Part shown: positions 34,021-48,000 of the stretch, piece after piece
Position numbering within the stretch: the first letter of the stretch is position 1
Layout of the letters: each line of letters starts with the position of its first letter
Assembly (NCBI GenBank): GCA_002104905.1
Contig: MCFE01000191.1
Coordinates: 1-64,000 of the forward strand
Source of the DNA: Basidiobolus meristosporus CBS 931.73
Lineage: Eukaryota > Fungi > Basidiobolomycota
Reading direction: 5' to 3'
DNA length: 64,000 nucleotides
Translations under genes and position numbers: made by a program
Notes under the pieces: model-generated
Seen by the model: the letters and a program-made list of their open reading frames with translations, nothing else
What the model was told of the DNA's origin: nothing
Database searches by the model: none

Positions 34021-35863
34021 ATGAGTTCGGATAGCGCGCAACCACCGACGGTTGACAGCCAAACCACTGCCGTTGCGGAGAACACGCCGGATGAACCGGT
34101 CGCGAAAAAGAGAAGGGGGAACAATTTAACTCACAAAGATAGACGCGAATTCTTTCAAAAACATCGCACTCGAAAACAACAGGATGGTGTACGGAACAGA
34201 GAGAGAAAGTCAAGAGACGATGACTCGGAAGAGGAGGATGAGGAGGGGGATAGTACGAAGCCAAATGCTCTGAGGAGGCCAAAGAAAAAGGTTGCCTTGC
34301 TTCTCGGTTTCTGCGGGACCGAATACCAAGGAATGCAGAGGTACTTGCTGGCCTCTCTGGGCGTGTTTCACCGAAAGCCATGATTAATCGGTTCTTTTCC
34401 CAACAAAAGCAACCCTAACGCTAAGACCATCGAGGGGGAGCTTTTCAAAGGCCTTGTGAAAGCGGGCGCTATTTCGCAAGAGAATGCAGACGATATGAAG
34501 AAGGTACCGGGTGAAGGATTGGGCGTGTTTCGTAAACGTTGATCATTTAGTTGTCGGGATAGGTCGGATTAACGCGGGCAACAAGAACAGACAAAGGCGT
34601 TCATGCTGCAGGTCAACTGGTTTCGTTGAAGCTGATCGTAGAGGATTCTGATATACTAGAGAAGATCAACGAAAGCCTACCAGAGGATATTCGCGTTTGG
34701 GGTCGGTTACAACTCACCCAAGGTTATCATGTGCAAGTGATTCTTACGTGGTTGGTATTCTAGGATATATTCCTGTGATCAAGACGTTTCATGCCAAAAC
34801 CCTTTGTGACTCGCGTGTCTACGAATATCTCCTACCGACTTATGTGCTTGCACCGCCCAACACAAGCGTTGACCTTTCTATCCCTCAGCAGCAGCGCACT
34901 GTGCAGCCTACATCCGAGGAGGAGTTTCTAGCTAAAAAGGGCTATCGGGTGTCTGCGGATCAACTAGAAAGGATCAAGGGAATGTTAAGCAGATATGTCG
35001 GCACACATAACTATCACAACTACACCGTAGGTAAATCCTACGAAGACAAAAGCGCGAATCGATACATCATCAGCTTCCAGGTAACATTGTACAGTTCGGC
35101 AACTTGTATACAATCCGCTCAGACAAAGTTAATGTCTTAGTGTGGCGAGCCAACGCTCATCAATGACATGGAATGGCTGAGTTTCAGGATTCACGGGCAA
35201 TCCTTCATGATCCATCAGATCCGAAAGATGATGGGTAGGATTGGATTATCCATTCATTCTCTGTTCAATCTCTGTTCATTCTTATTATCTGATCATACAT
35301 CAACTGACATGGTTCCACCAAGGAATGATCATTTTGACCATCCGCACAGGTAGTTCTCTCGAGTTGGTTGAGCGGAGCTTTGGCCAAGTAAAGATGAATA
35401 TCCCTAAGGCACCGGGGCTGGGCCTACTCTTGGAAGAGGTATGCAACAACCATCGCTCATCCGCACTATCCTCCATCTGACCCAGTTATTAGCCTGTGTT
35501 TGCGACCTACAACCGCAAATCCTCAGAAAAGGAACGGCCATCAATTAGTTTCGAGGCATACCGGGTAAGTAGTGCGTCCACACCAACTCTCGCTGGATGT
35601 TAACTTCTTTCTAGGAGAACATCGATGCATTCAAGAACACTCACATCTATCCCTCGATCGTTCACACGGAATGCCAGGAGAAACAGTAAGTGGTCTGTTC
35701 TGGACTCGGTAGCAACCATGGCTAATTTACGTGTGGGCTAGATTTGATCAGTGGATCGGAGCAATAGACACTTTTCCTGAGAGTTATGCTGAATATTTAA
35801 ATGTATAGCAAGCGCATACTCTTACAATCGGAGAATTGCCACTAACCATGATAGCCCGAATAA
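34021..35863 (+). CDS. PUS1: tRNA pseudouridine synthase 1 (TruA family), multi-exon
   Basis: [17 protein letters not shown]; KTIEGELF; [11 protein letters not shown]; [13 protein letters not shown]; [11 protein letters not shown]; [14 protein letters not shown]; [13 protein letters not shown]. The 3' end is 35808 or 35863. Confidence 0.9.
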
Positions 35864-36046
35864 ATTTGGTCGTCTTCTACGTCATGTTAAAGGAGAAGTA
35901 CAGGAGCATTGACGTATCCTATATTTATTGATGATGGCTTCTACAATAACCCAAGCAAATCACCGAGGATAATGCCATTTGATAATGCATGTGGTGTGCT
36001 ATAAATGATAGATGTTCGATCACCTCGAAGTTGATGATTAGTAAAC

Positions 36047-38101
36047 ATGTCAGCATCTCAGTTACACAGCAGAGTAATGTCGGCGGTGTTGATTTGCTCA
36101 TGGGCCCTAGGCACATCCTCCATAGGGTGTGACTCGCCAATTTACTGCCCCGGCCCGCTGCTGGACAGGATCCAGAAGGCCCAGCTGTTTCCTGATTCCA
36201 AGACATTTGTCGACAAGGTATCTATTCACGTAACACTGCTCTCTCATCACCCATGACCTAAGTGGATTTCCATGAGCCCACCTCGAAGCCCTTGGATCAA
36301 GTTTTGGCCGCTTACGACTCGCTCTCTGCCACGGCAGATACCAACAGCATCAGCCAATTCGTCCAGGAGAACTTCCTGGAGCCCGGGATCGAGCTGGTTC
36401 CGGCTGATTTACCTGAGTATAGAGACCAACCGGAATTCTTGAACAACATCCAAGATAAGGTTCTTCGAGGTTGGGGACAGATTGTTCATAGCTACTGGAA
36501 GAAGCTGACTAGGCGCATGGACAAGTCATTCTTGTGCAAGGGTTGTGTAACCTCATTGTTGGACATCAGCAGACCATTTGTCGTTCCAGGTGGTCGGTTC
36601 CGGGAAATCTATTACTGGTAAACCAATTACCCTACCAGATCATTGCCAGCGCATTGCTCAGTGGTTCTAAACATATGCTTCTGAAGGGATACCTACTTTG
36701 TGATGGAGGGCCTGCTACTGAGCGAGCTCCATGGGACTGCGAGAAACATGATCGAGAACTTCCTGGATATCGTCGACGTATATGGCTTTATGCGTATGTG
36801 TTCGGTTCAATGGATTTCCTTATTCGTACGAGCATTCACATTAAACTCGCACCGTCTCCTTTAGCCAACGGAGCACGCGTCTACTACCTCAACCGTTCGC
36901 AGCCTCCGATGCTAACTCAGATGGTCAAGATCTACTACGAAAAAACCCGGGATTTGGATCTGCTTAGGCGTGCGCTACCAATTCTCGATAAAGAGTATCA
37001 GTTTTGGGAGAAAAATCATACCATCCTCATAGACCGTGGGGAAGAATACCGTCTGAGCCACTACAATTCAGTCAACCAGCACCCACGCCCGGAAGCATAC
37101 ATTGAGGATCACCTTACTGTAGAAGGCTCCAACCTCACGGTGGAAGAGAGGAAGGCTCTATATTCCGATATTGCAACCGGTGCAGAGAGCGGTGAGGGAC
37201 AACCAGATTTATGCTTCCATACATATCAAGTGCTAACAGGTGCAATCCAGGCTGGGACTACAGTGTCAGGTGGTTGAGATCGTTCTCTGCGGGTACCAAG
37301 CCTGGCCCGGCGATTCTTCGCACATTGAATGCCCGCAAGATAGTTCCTGCTGACCTGAACGCCATCCTCTATCAAAACGAAATGACCCTGGCGGATTTCC
37401 ACAAGATTCTACCCAGTGGGCAACCCAACAATCGGATCCAGTACTATACCGCCGCTGCCCGGGTTCGCAGAAAGAATATGCTCAAGCTTATGTGGGACGA
37501 GACCGACCTTCAGTACTACGACTTCAACGTCACCAGCGGTTCCGTGCAGAAATTGTTTACCCCCTCAAACTACTGGCCGCTTTGGGCCGAAATCTTTCCT
37601 GACGGCTTCTTCTCCAGGCCCCACAAGGCGCTGAGAGCCTTTTCCATGGTGGAACAGTTTGCCAAGAGGTTTGCCGCAGGTATACCGGCCACCGACGTAA
37701 ATACTTCGTTGCAGTGGGATTTCCCCAATGCCTGGCCTCCACTGCAGTATGTCCTTATGAAGTCAGTGGTAACTGTGCGTGATCACGTGAAAGACAAGAC
37801 AGTCAGGAAGAAGCTGGGTGACCTGGGGCTAATGTTGGCCCAACGTATGATAGACGCTGCATTTTGTGGTTGGAGGAAGACCGGGGGATCTATTCCAGGA
37901 ATTCTAGAGAAGTTGCCCGGAAGCAACGACACCGGGCATATGTTTGAAAAGTATGATATCATGAAGCTAGGGGTGGCAGGAGGAGGTGGTGAATACGAAG
38001 TTCAGGATGGGTTCGGTTGGACAAATGGGGTTAGCCTTTGGACGCTGAACACCTGGGGAGACAGATTGAAATACCCTACAGATTGTAATGCGGGACAGTA
38101 G
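36047..38101 (+). CDS. Secreted GH37 alpha,alpha-trehalase, multi-exon
   Basis: Signal peptide then CDSPIYC; LFPDSKTFVDK; FVVPGGRFREIYYW; YYLNRSQPP; PRPEAY; GAESG / WDYSVRW; QWDFPNAWPP; FEKYD; GGGGEYEVQDGFGWTNG. Confidence 0.93.
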
Positions 38102-38348
38102 CTCACCTGAATGCCAGATAGACTTGTTTGATCATCAAAGCAGCACATAGATTGTACCTTGGCTCCATCACCAGTTCTTAGATTCACTAGTCAATTTCAG
38201 GTGGATTCCTAAGCATGATTCGATAAAATAAATAACAATTGCCTAAATTTCTATAGGCCCATTACGATGACCTCATCGAAATGCGTATGTGTGAGCTTCG
38301 TTGCTAATACAAATCTCTGAAAACCACCTGGTGCATATTGTCTAAAAT

Positions 38349-41300
38349 ATGAACAGCACTTTTCAACTCTCGGCATCCCTGCAAGGACACGAACTTGACG
38401 TACACACTTTGTCCCGTAGTAGTAACCCCTCCTATTTCCAGCTAACATCGCTCTCTGTAGGTCCGTGCTGTCTTCAGCCCGCGCGAAGACTTGGTCGTTT
38501 CAGCTTCCAGAGACAAAACCGTAAGAACCTGGTCCAGGGTGGGTGCAAATTCGTTCAATCAAGAGAAAGTCCTGTTGGGCCACCAACATTACGTGAACTC
38601 CCTAGCCTACTTCGAGCCCAGCGATGACAATCCAAACGGTAACTTTGGTATTCCCGTAGGTTGTCTTGGAACTTGACTGACTCTGTCTGGCCTCGAAAGG
38701 GTTAATAATAAGCGGAAGCAGCGACAAGTTGATAAATATCAGCGACCCTGATAAGCCCGAGGAGCCTCTATATTCGTTGATTGGACATGAGGAGAATATA
38801 TGCGCGCTTTCGACGTACAACAATAGCGTTATTGTATCTGGTTCCTGGGACAAGTGAGTTTCAAGCGACATCCTTTTCACCCAAAGTTGCCGTTTTCCAA
38901 CATTTTTGACCCGGCAGAACTGCAAAGGTATGGAAGGATTGGACCTGCGCTTACACCTTAAAGGGCCACACACAAGCGGTTTGGGCGGTTCTTGCAGTTG
39001 ACGAAGAAACGGTGATTACCGGTTAGTATAGATTCATCGAACCCTGTCCTAGATTACAATGCTGACAAAGTTGAATAGGATCTGCCGACAAAACCATCAA
39101 GATTTGGAAGTCTGGCAAATGTGTCAATACCCTCCAAGGTCATACCGACAGCGTAAGAGGGTTGGCCCTTGTACCCGGTGTCGGCTTCCTCTCCTGCAGC
39201 AATGACAGGTAACAAATCCTGCGAATCCCTGTATTCAACAACGCCATGATTCATGTGATGCTTTTTACTAGCTCACTTCGTCTTTGGTCATTTGCCGGAG
39301 AGTGCCTTCAAGAGATGAGTGGACATACCTCTTTTGTCTATTCCGTTGCTGTCCTACCATCTGGAGAGTTCGTTTCGTGCGGAGAAGATCGTTCTCTTCG
39401 TATCTGGAAAGGTACGAAAGCCTTCATAGGATCCTCACTCGCATCCACTCACACTTGAATTAGAGTTCCAATGCATCCAAACCATCATGCATCCCGCCAC
39501 CTCTGTTTGGTGCGTGGCCACTTCGCCAAACGGAGACGTCATATCTGGAAGCAGTGATGGTGTTGTCCGCGTGTTTACCCGCGCCGAGGAAAGATACGCT
39601 GAACCAGACAAGCTAAAGGTAACGTATGTTTGGTAGACATTCTGAAAAGAACAAGTCGAGTAACTGAATTTCCGGTCAAACAGAAATACAACGATCAAGT
39701 TGCCTCATTCGCTATTCCATCGTATGGTTGATTCTTCTATTAAGTGTAAGCGTTTTACCAATGCCATCCATTTGTAGAAACCAAGTCGGAGATGTGAAGA
39801 AAGATCAGCTCCCAGGACCCGAAGCGCTGCAAAACCCAGGTACATCTTCCTCTAGAGCGATGCCCGGAATCTGTGGCCAACCACCTTTTTGCAAATGACA
39901 GGGAAGAAAGATCAACAAGTGCTAATGGTCCGAGTAGGTGACAAGGTTGAAGCCCATCAGGTCAGTAGAGCAAACCAAGTGAATGTTCGCGGGAATGTTC
40001 GCGGACAAGCATGTAACCAAATACTATGCTATTAGTGGAACCAAGGGGCCAAAACTTGGGAAAAGATTGGAGAGGTTGTTGATGCCATCGGTCAAAACCG
40101 GAAGCAGTTATATGAGGGCGTTGAATATGACTACGTCTTTGATATTGACGTGGGAGATGGAATGCCTACATTGAAGCTCCCCTATAACGTTACTGGTACT
40201 CCTCAGCTGACGATGCTCTTCTTTAGATCCATTAATTTGACCTTCAACCTACTCAATCTACAGAAAATCCATACAGCGTAGCCCAGCAATTTTTGTTCAA
40301 ACACGAGCTGCCACAGTCATTCCTGGACCAGGTTGCCAACTTCATCATTCAAAATGCTGAAGGGATCAGCATAAGTAACGAAACCCCTTTATCCGACCCT
40401 TATACAGGTAACCACCATGGCCACTTTTTTGCGACCGATCTTTGATGCTAACGAGGTGTGTATAAACTAAAGGTGGCTCCAGATATATTCCCGGAAGACA
40501 ACAGGTGAGCAACCGCTGCTCTTTATGTAGTAGAGCTTTAGTAACCTTTGTTACAGGCCCAGAGCAACCCTCAGCAATTTATAAACCCCGATCCATTCAC
40601 TGGTAGATTCACTTTGTAGTTCGTACAGAAATCCACTATGTATTCACTCTTTCTGCCTAAGGTTCCGCCGCATATGTGCCTCAACAGGTATGCTAATGAA
40701 TACATGTAAACGTTCCGCTGCGGTTTCTGTACTAACCGCCATCATCTCTGAAGCCTGCCTCCACTCAACCCAGTAACAGTACCCAGATCCCCAATGCAAG
40801 TGTACTCGTATATTGAAGCCTTATCTCGGGAAACTTACTTTTTGTCTCCAGCGTGTTTATCTCTCATTGAAGCAAGCCAACCTTGGCCAAGTATTCAACA
40901 AAATCTCCAGCTTGAACGATGACCTTGTCTCCAAACAGGTAGGAATCACCCAACTCATCACCCACCCGAGTTTCTTACCTTTTTTGGCAACTTTGTAGCA
41001 GACCGACATTTCATTGAGCAATGATGAGCTGCAAGTCTTGCGCTCCGCAGTGGACCAGCTGACTAACGCCAAAGCTGTCGACCTAGCAATGCTTCAGGTG
41101 ATTTGCAAAATCTCCTCCCAATGGCCGGCCGAAATCCGATTCCCTGGTAAGTGGGCCTGGTTTCGATAACTATTCCCTTGCTGGCCACTTAGCATTCATC
41201 CATCAAAGGGCTGGACTTGCTACGCCTCTGCGTCCTTGATCCTGAGAGTCAGAAGCTGTTATCTCAGCAATGTAATCTCGTGGAATTCCTCATACAATGC

Positions 41301-42096
41301 ACTGGTGTGCAAGCATGGACAGCGGGTGCATTGAGTAAGGAGCAAGAGATCAATCTGATGTTTGGCCTTAGAACCTTGGTGAATCTATTCGCCAGCCCGG
41401 AGGGAAAGAAACTGACATTTGATCTGAGAAATCAAGTAATGCATACCCGGTTTCTCCGACCGATCCTACTTGCTGACAACGCTTTGTGCATTTCAGGTTA
41501 CCCCTTTCTTGACCGAGACTTATGCCAGACTGAACACTAACAACGCGCAACTGTCTCTATCAACGCTGTACCTCAAGTGAGAGCCTGTCATCTGGATCAG
41601 TCCTCGTGGCCACCGATCGTTAACTTCTTCCCACCCATGTAGCTATGCCACACTCATGGGCGAGCAATTCGACGAGGAGTTCGTTCTACAACTAATCTCC
41701 CCTCTACTCGAGGTCAGTGTCCGTAGAACAAAGAGGTTCCAGTGCGCCACGCTAAACCCATCATTTCTAGTATGTGCAAAGTAACATGCAGCCCGAGAGT
41801 CTTTACCGTGCTTTGGTGGCCATTGCTACCCTGGTAAGTTCCCAGTTGCACCTGTCTTCCTGCTGGATGCCTAAGTTGACCCGCTTCTCCCATAGATCAA
41901 AATCAGCCCCACCGGCAAAGAGGCAGCGACCATTATGGAAGCCCAGCGGATCCTGAAAACCATCGCTGATCATGCGAATACCAAGATTCGTAGCATCGCA
42001 AGTATGTGTATTCCTCATTATATTCCCTCCCCCTTCCGTGCTTCAAGTGCTAATCAATGCCGTTCCTGCCTAGGCCAAACCTTGGCTATGCTTTGA
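38349..42096 (+). CDS. DOA1: WD40-PFU-PUL ubiquitin homeostasis protein (Doa1/Ufd3/PLAA), many introns
   Basis: [13 protein letters not shown]; [13 protein letters not shown]; [11 protein letters not shown]; [11 protein letters not shown]; [13 protein letters not shown]; LKLPYN; FPGLDLLRL; [13 protein letters not shown]. Confidence 0.9.
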
Positions 42097-42427
42097 ATAT
42101 GAGCCCCCCCCAACGGTCCCGCATCATATTCTTAGTTCAGTGTAATATTGCTTTAATCCCAATAAAATGGCGTGACCTCTTCAGATTGTTTGTGTTCTCT
42201 CGTTTCTTGAGCGAAACATACAGTGCCTGGTGTGATCAGGTAATATGGTGTTCGTTGGGTAACTACCAGAGATGATAGACCCAAGCCACAACACGAATAT
42301 TACAATCAGGGGGACGAACCACCACACCGGCAAATCATTGGCCAGATCTCGGCGATATCCGGTTATTAGGTAGGTGGCAATCGCTGTGGATTGCTTTGTG
42401 AAGTAGTAGCAATCCACTAGACTAGTG

Positions 42428-44171
42428 ATGAATTTCGTAGGTGTTGACGTTGGCACTGGGTCGGCCCGCGCTGTGGTGGTCGACGAAAAGGGGGAGCTTC
42501 TCGGGACAGGAGTGTATGAGCTCACCACCTGGAACGCTTCGACCCACTTTTACGAGCAGTCTTCAGAGAATATCTGGGCTTCCTGCTGCAAAGCGGTGAA
42601 GAAGGCCTTAGAGGAGGCGGCAGTTTCCCCCGACACCGTCAAAGGGCTTGGCTTTGACGCCACGTGCTCTCTGGTTGTCCTGGATGCGGACGGGAACCCG
42701 GTGTCTGTGTCCCCAGACACCACGGAGAAGGGAGACGAGAGAAACATTATTCTGTGGATGGACCATAGAGCGAAGGACCAGGCACAGAGGATTACCGAGA
42801 CCAAAAGTGAGGTGCTGAAATTCCTGGGGGGAACGATGTCACTGGAGATGGAGTTACCGAAGATCTTGTGGCTCAAGGAGAACAAGCCGGAGCTTTTCAA
42901 GAGAATGTACTTCTACGACCTGCCAGACTTTCTCACTTTCAAGGCGACCGGCTCCACTACTCGTTCCACTTGCTCCTTGGTGTTCAAATGGTTGTACATA
43001 CCCCCAGAAATTGCCGCAGATACTTCTATGACGAAAGCATGGCTGGGACGACCAGCTTTTTGACTTGATTGGTCTAGCGGACTTGAAGGAGAACGACTAC
43101 ACCCGTATCGGAGGGGTGCCTCAAAGAAATGGGCAGGTCCTGATCGCTGGCCAGAGGGTGGGTGGCCTTAGCGAGCAAGCAGCGAGACAGCTCGGGCTGA
43201 ACCCAGGGACAGCGGTTGGGTCGGCGGTGATTGATGCATATGCTGGATGGGTTGGGACAGTTGGAGCACCATTCACCACAAGGCCAGGTGATGTTGCGGC
43301 TGCCACGGATATCCAGGAGGCGCCCAAACGCCTTGCCCTGATTTGCGGCACATCATCTTGTCATCTGGTCACAAGCCCAGACGCCGTATTTGCCCAAGGG
43401 ATTTGGGGACCGTTTTATTCCTCTTGTCTGCCCACGTTGTGGATGAGCGGAGGTGGGCAAAGTGCGACAGGTAAGCTGATCGACTGGGTGATCGAGAACC
43501 ACAAAGCCTCCCGGGAAGCACGCGAGGAGGCTGCCGCTCAGAGTATCAGCGTTTATCAGTTCCTGAACCAACGACTGGAGCGGTTGAAAACGAAGCGGAA
43601 TGCCTCGAATCTCCCCTCGCTCACGAAGGACTACCACATGATTGCCGACTTCCATGGGAATCGATCACCATTGGCCGACCCAGCGCTTCGTGGAATGGTG
43701 GTTGGCCTGGATCTGGACCCACTGGGCGTTGACAGTCTTGCCCTTCAGTACTATGCCACCATGGAGGCTATCGCGTACAGTACTAAGCAAATCATCGAAG
43801 CACTGAACCAGAACGGGCACTCCGTGGACACCCTATTTATGTCAGGTGGTCTCTGCAAGAATGCAGTGTTTGTTCAGCTTCACGCGGACATCACCGGATC
43901 TCCGGTAGTGCTGCCAAAGTATATCAACAGTGCGGTTGTACTTGGGGCAGCGATCCTTGGGGCTACAGCCTACGGGAGTGGTCATGATAACCTATGGGAC
44001 ACGATGGTCAGCATGAACAAAGCAGACCAAGTGATCCATCCCACCGGAGACGAAGGGGAGCTAGCCATCCACCGACGAAAGTATGAAGTAATGAAACTGA
44101 TGCAACAGCACCAAAAAACGTACCACAGGATTATGTGCGGAAACGGTGGCGGCGGCGGTATCCTACCATAA
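42428..44171 (+). pseudogene. FGGY-family pentulose/ribulokinase copy A, +1 frameshift at about 43033 (or an assembly indel)
   Basis: FVGVDVGTGSARA; GLGFDATCSLV; IILWMDHRA; MSLEMELP; DFHGNRSP. Reads atgacgaaagcat where copy B has atgacaaagcat. Confidence 0.85.
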
Positions 44172-44858
44172 CGTGTGCATTCCACCCGATTCCACTCTTG
44201 GCATCCGGGCTGTCGGGACTCCCCTCGCCAATTTGGTGTGGACCCTTCGTGCGGCCGCTGTGGGCGAATTCGTGGATATGATATTCATCAGTTCGGTCAT
44301 TGTCAGGCAGGCCTCCATTTTGATCGAACTTATAGCTTCATGGTTTACCCAAGGCCAAAGCGCCATTACTATTTTTGATCCCAGGGTTGATATGGCAAGA
44401 GGTGTGTCTTGTGTACCTACGGATAGCTTGATGCATCCCAAACCACCCCATTGTTTCTCCAATTCGAATGCATTGATCAACAGACTCGCGAGATCAATTC
44501 CTGACATATCGACAGTGTGCTAAAGCTGCTGAAAGTGACGGCGGGTGCCTGGTGGTGATTGGGAATACCTAGAAGGAAGCAAAATTTTCCCTTGTTGGCA
44601 TGCCACATTTAATCAATATGATTCCACTTTCTAGGAGAGCCTTGTTGTGTTAATGATACGGGTGTCATCCCAAGAATTGGCCAAACCCTTATTAACTAAA
44701 TCTAAAGTTTCTGGTTGAATTGCATGGGAATGTTGTGGGAATCTTGGAGTATATATTAGAAGTGTCTGGGAGAGCTGGTAAATTGCTAGATTTCCATCAA
44801 TGCTTTGTTCAATGTAAGAGTAGCACTTCAACAGCTTTGAGAAATATGATATTCTGGG

Positions 44859-45069
44859 TGTTCTAAAAGTTTTGGAGATACTGAAAGTGATTGGGAGAAT
44901 AAGCAGATCTTGTGGTTTTCACTTGATCATCTGTTGAATGTAAAAGTGGTATTTATACTTTTGCATGATCTTGAAAAAGCAAGCCCATAGCATATGCTAA
45001 GAATGATCCCAAGAACATGTGTGCAAAGCTTGGGGGCTTTTGGACAGTTTTGATTATTCTATCACAACA
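44859..45069 (-). mobile_element. Degenerate, partly deleted solo LTR of the same copia family, inverted
   Basis: Reverse complement matches LTR segments (ttggagata...gtgattgggagaa...gtggttttcactt...cccaagaacatgtgtgcaaag). Confidence 0.7.
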
Positions 45070-45095
45070 ACAGGTGCTTGGGGTATGGTAATTAG

Positions 45096-48000
45096 TGTTG
45101 TAAAAATTCGTATTTCCACCTAAATACTCACCTAACTTAGTCACTTAGATCATTACCCTCAAATCCTAGAGAGTACTGACCAAATTCCTTGTTGGGATTT
45201 ACTTAGAATATTTACCCAGAACATGAAAATTTGATAAGTTGTCCAAACAGCCCCAAACTCTGCACACATGCTCTTGGGACCTTCCTTAACCTATTCTACA
45301 TGTTTGTAATGCCAAGACCAGGCAAAAGTATAAATACTACTTTTACATTCAATAAATCATTAAGTGAAAACCACATAATCTACTTGTTCTCCAAATCACT
45401 TCCAATATCTCCAAGACTCTTACAACAGGTTATGAGTCCCAAGCTGTCACTCTCTGCAATGTCTACTACTGCTATTACTGGAATTTTTCCCTCTGCTGAA
45501 AAGTTGGATGGATCTAACTACCAAGTGTGGAAGGTGAAGATGAAGATGCTGCTACAAGAAAGAGGCCTTTGGGATATTGTCATGGGAGAAGAGTGTCCTC
45601 CTAAAAACGTGGGAGAGGAAGCCTTAAAGTACCAGAAGAAAGAACAAAGTGCCTTTAACTGCATTTGCCTTAATGTCAAGAACAAATTGCTAATTCAATG
45701 CTCAAGAGCAAAAACGGCAAAAAATGCCTGGAAAGCATTGGAAGACACCTACCAGTCATGTTCGGCTGCCAAGAAAATGTATCTGAGAAGAAAATTCTTT
45801 ACTACAAAGATGCTGCCAGGAGAAGAAATGAAAAATCTAATTAACAGAATTACCCTGCTGGTAGATGAGATGGAATCTGTGGGCATACCAACTACTGATG
45901 AGGATGTGATAGTTACCATCCTGAATAGCCTGACAGACAAGCTTCAAGGCCTTGTATCAGCCCTAGAGTCCAGAACTGAAGATTTGACCTTAAATTACAT
46001 CTATGGAAGGCTCCTGGATGAAGAATTAAGAAAATCAAGCGCCAATAAGAAGGAAGAAGAAAATGCATTAATAAGCAATGATAACCAACAAAGGAGGTAC
46101 CCAAGACCCTACAAAGGCAACAGCAACCTATTTTGCAACTACTGCAAAAGGAAAGGACACACATCAGACCAGTGTTTCAAAAAGAGAGATTATCAGCAAA
46201 AGAAGCCTGAATATGGAAATGCTGCAACAACTGAAGATAGACTATTCATATCTGCACTAAATATGACCACAAACAGGGATTCTCAGATGTGGTATATTGA
46301 CTCTGGAGCTTTTCAACACTTTACACACCAAAAAGAACTTTTTACCCAATATCAAGAAATTCCAATTAAGAAGGTTTTCATGGGTGACAATAGAACCCTT
46401 GATGCAGTGGGAGAAGGAACTATCCAAGTAAACCTTAGAAGCAGTGAAGGAAGCCATACACTGACCTTTAAAGAAGTACTCTATGTACCAGAAATAGCCA
46501 AGAACCTACTCTCTGTAAGCAAGGCCACAGCAGAAGGACTCAGTTTCAGTTTTGACAATTCTGTATGCAGGATCACTAATCAAAATGGTGCCCATATTGC
46601 TTTGGGCATCAGAGATCAAAATCTATACAAGTTGACTTATATTCCATCATATCTGGAAGCCAATATAAGTAACTTAAATGAAGAAACACCAATGCTTTGG
46701 CACAGGAGATTTGGGCACATCAATTTTGATTATTTGCGTAAAATGATCAAAGATCAGCTAATTTCTGGAGTGAAAATTGATCCCCCAGCTAATTTGGAGC
46801 ACTGTGAAGCCTGCATATATGGGAAACAAGCCAGACAACCGTTCAAGAGCTCTGGGTTAATCAAAACTAAGAAAAAATTAGATCTAATTCACTCAGATCT
46901 GTGTGGACCTATGCAAAATTTATCCTTAGGTGGGATGAAGTATTTAATCACTTTTATTGATGATTATACAAGATACACATGGGTCTACTTCATGGAGAGG
47001 AAGGAAGAAGCTCTGTCTAAGCTCAGGGAGTTTAAAGCCATGGTGGAGAGAGAAACTGGTGAAAAAATCAAGAAAATACGCTCTGACAATGGTGGAGAAT
47101 ATACCTCAAAACTCTTCATCCACTTCTGCAAAATTCATGGGATAAAGCAAGAGACTACTGTACCTTACTCCCCACAGCAAAATGGAGTAGCAGAACAAGC
47201 TAACAGATCAATAATTGATATGGCAAGATCTATGATCCATGATCAAAAATTATCCTATGATTTTTGGGCGGAATCAGTTGCCACTGCTGTATACCTTAAA
47301 AATAGGAGTTATAACAGAATACTTTGTGATTCTACTCCATTTGAAGCATGGTATGGATACAGACCAAGTGCAGAACATCTAAGAATATTTGGGTGCACAG
47401 CATATGCCAAAAAACTGGTCGGAAATCAGTCAAAATTTGAGCCAAAAAGTGTACAATGCATATTTTTGGGCTACTGCAATGAGAGTAAGGCATACAGACT
47501 CTACAATACCAAAGCAAAGAAGCTTATCAAGTCCAGGGATGTGTTGTTTGATGAAAATTCAAAATTTTCACAAAAAATGACATCAGATGATGACAAAAAT
47601 TTGATCTCAAGTCCACCAAATTGTCAGGATTGAATCAGAGCAAAACAATGAGAATTTTTTCACTCCAGAGGACTCTAAAACCGTGGTTCAGCCAGAATCA
47701 GTGCCCAGGAATATCCCAGAAGTGATCATTCCAGTATCAAATGCCCGGAGATCCAATTGGACAAGAAATAGCCCATATTACTATATTAATGAGGGTACAA
47801 ACTTAGCCTATGCCTATTCAGTCCATATTGATGAGCCCCAGACTGTAAAAGAGGCCCTGAATAGCCCTCAGACAAAGTTTTGGAGATCTGCAATGACTGA
47901 GGAATATCAGGCCCTGATGGAAAATCAAACTTGGGACTTAGTCAAATTACCAATCAACCAAAAATCAATTGGATGCAGATGGGTCTTCAAGACAAAATAC

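Noticed and set aside
44171-44580. Minus-strand frame with HEFAH and a vaguely integrase-like WFGMHQAIRRY segment
   Set aside because: Interrupted by stops and too short and weak to call a metalloprotease or gypsy relic without a profile search.
45231-45431. ORF-track N-terminal extensions of gag (also 60669-60800)
   Set aside because: They lie inside the LTR upstream of the PBS and are chance open frames.
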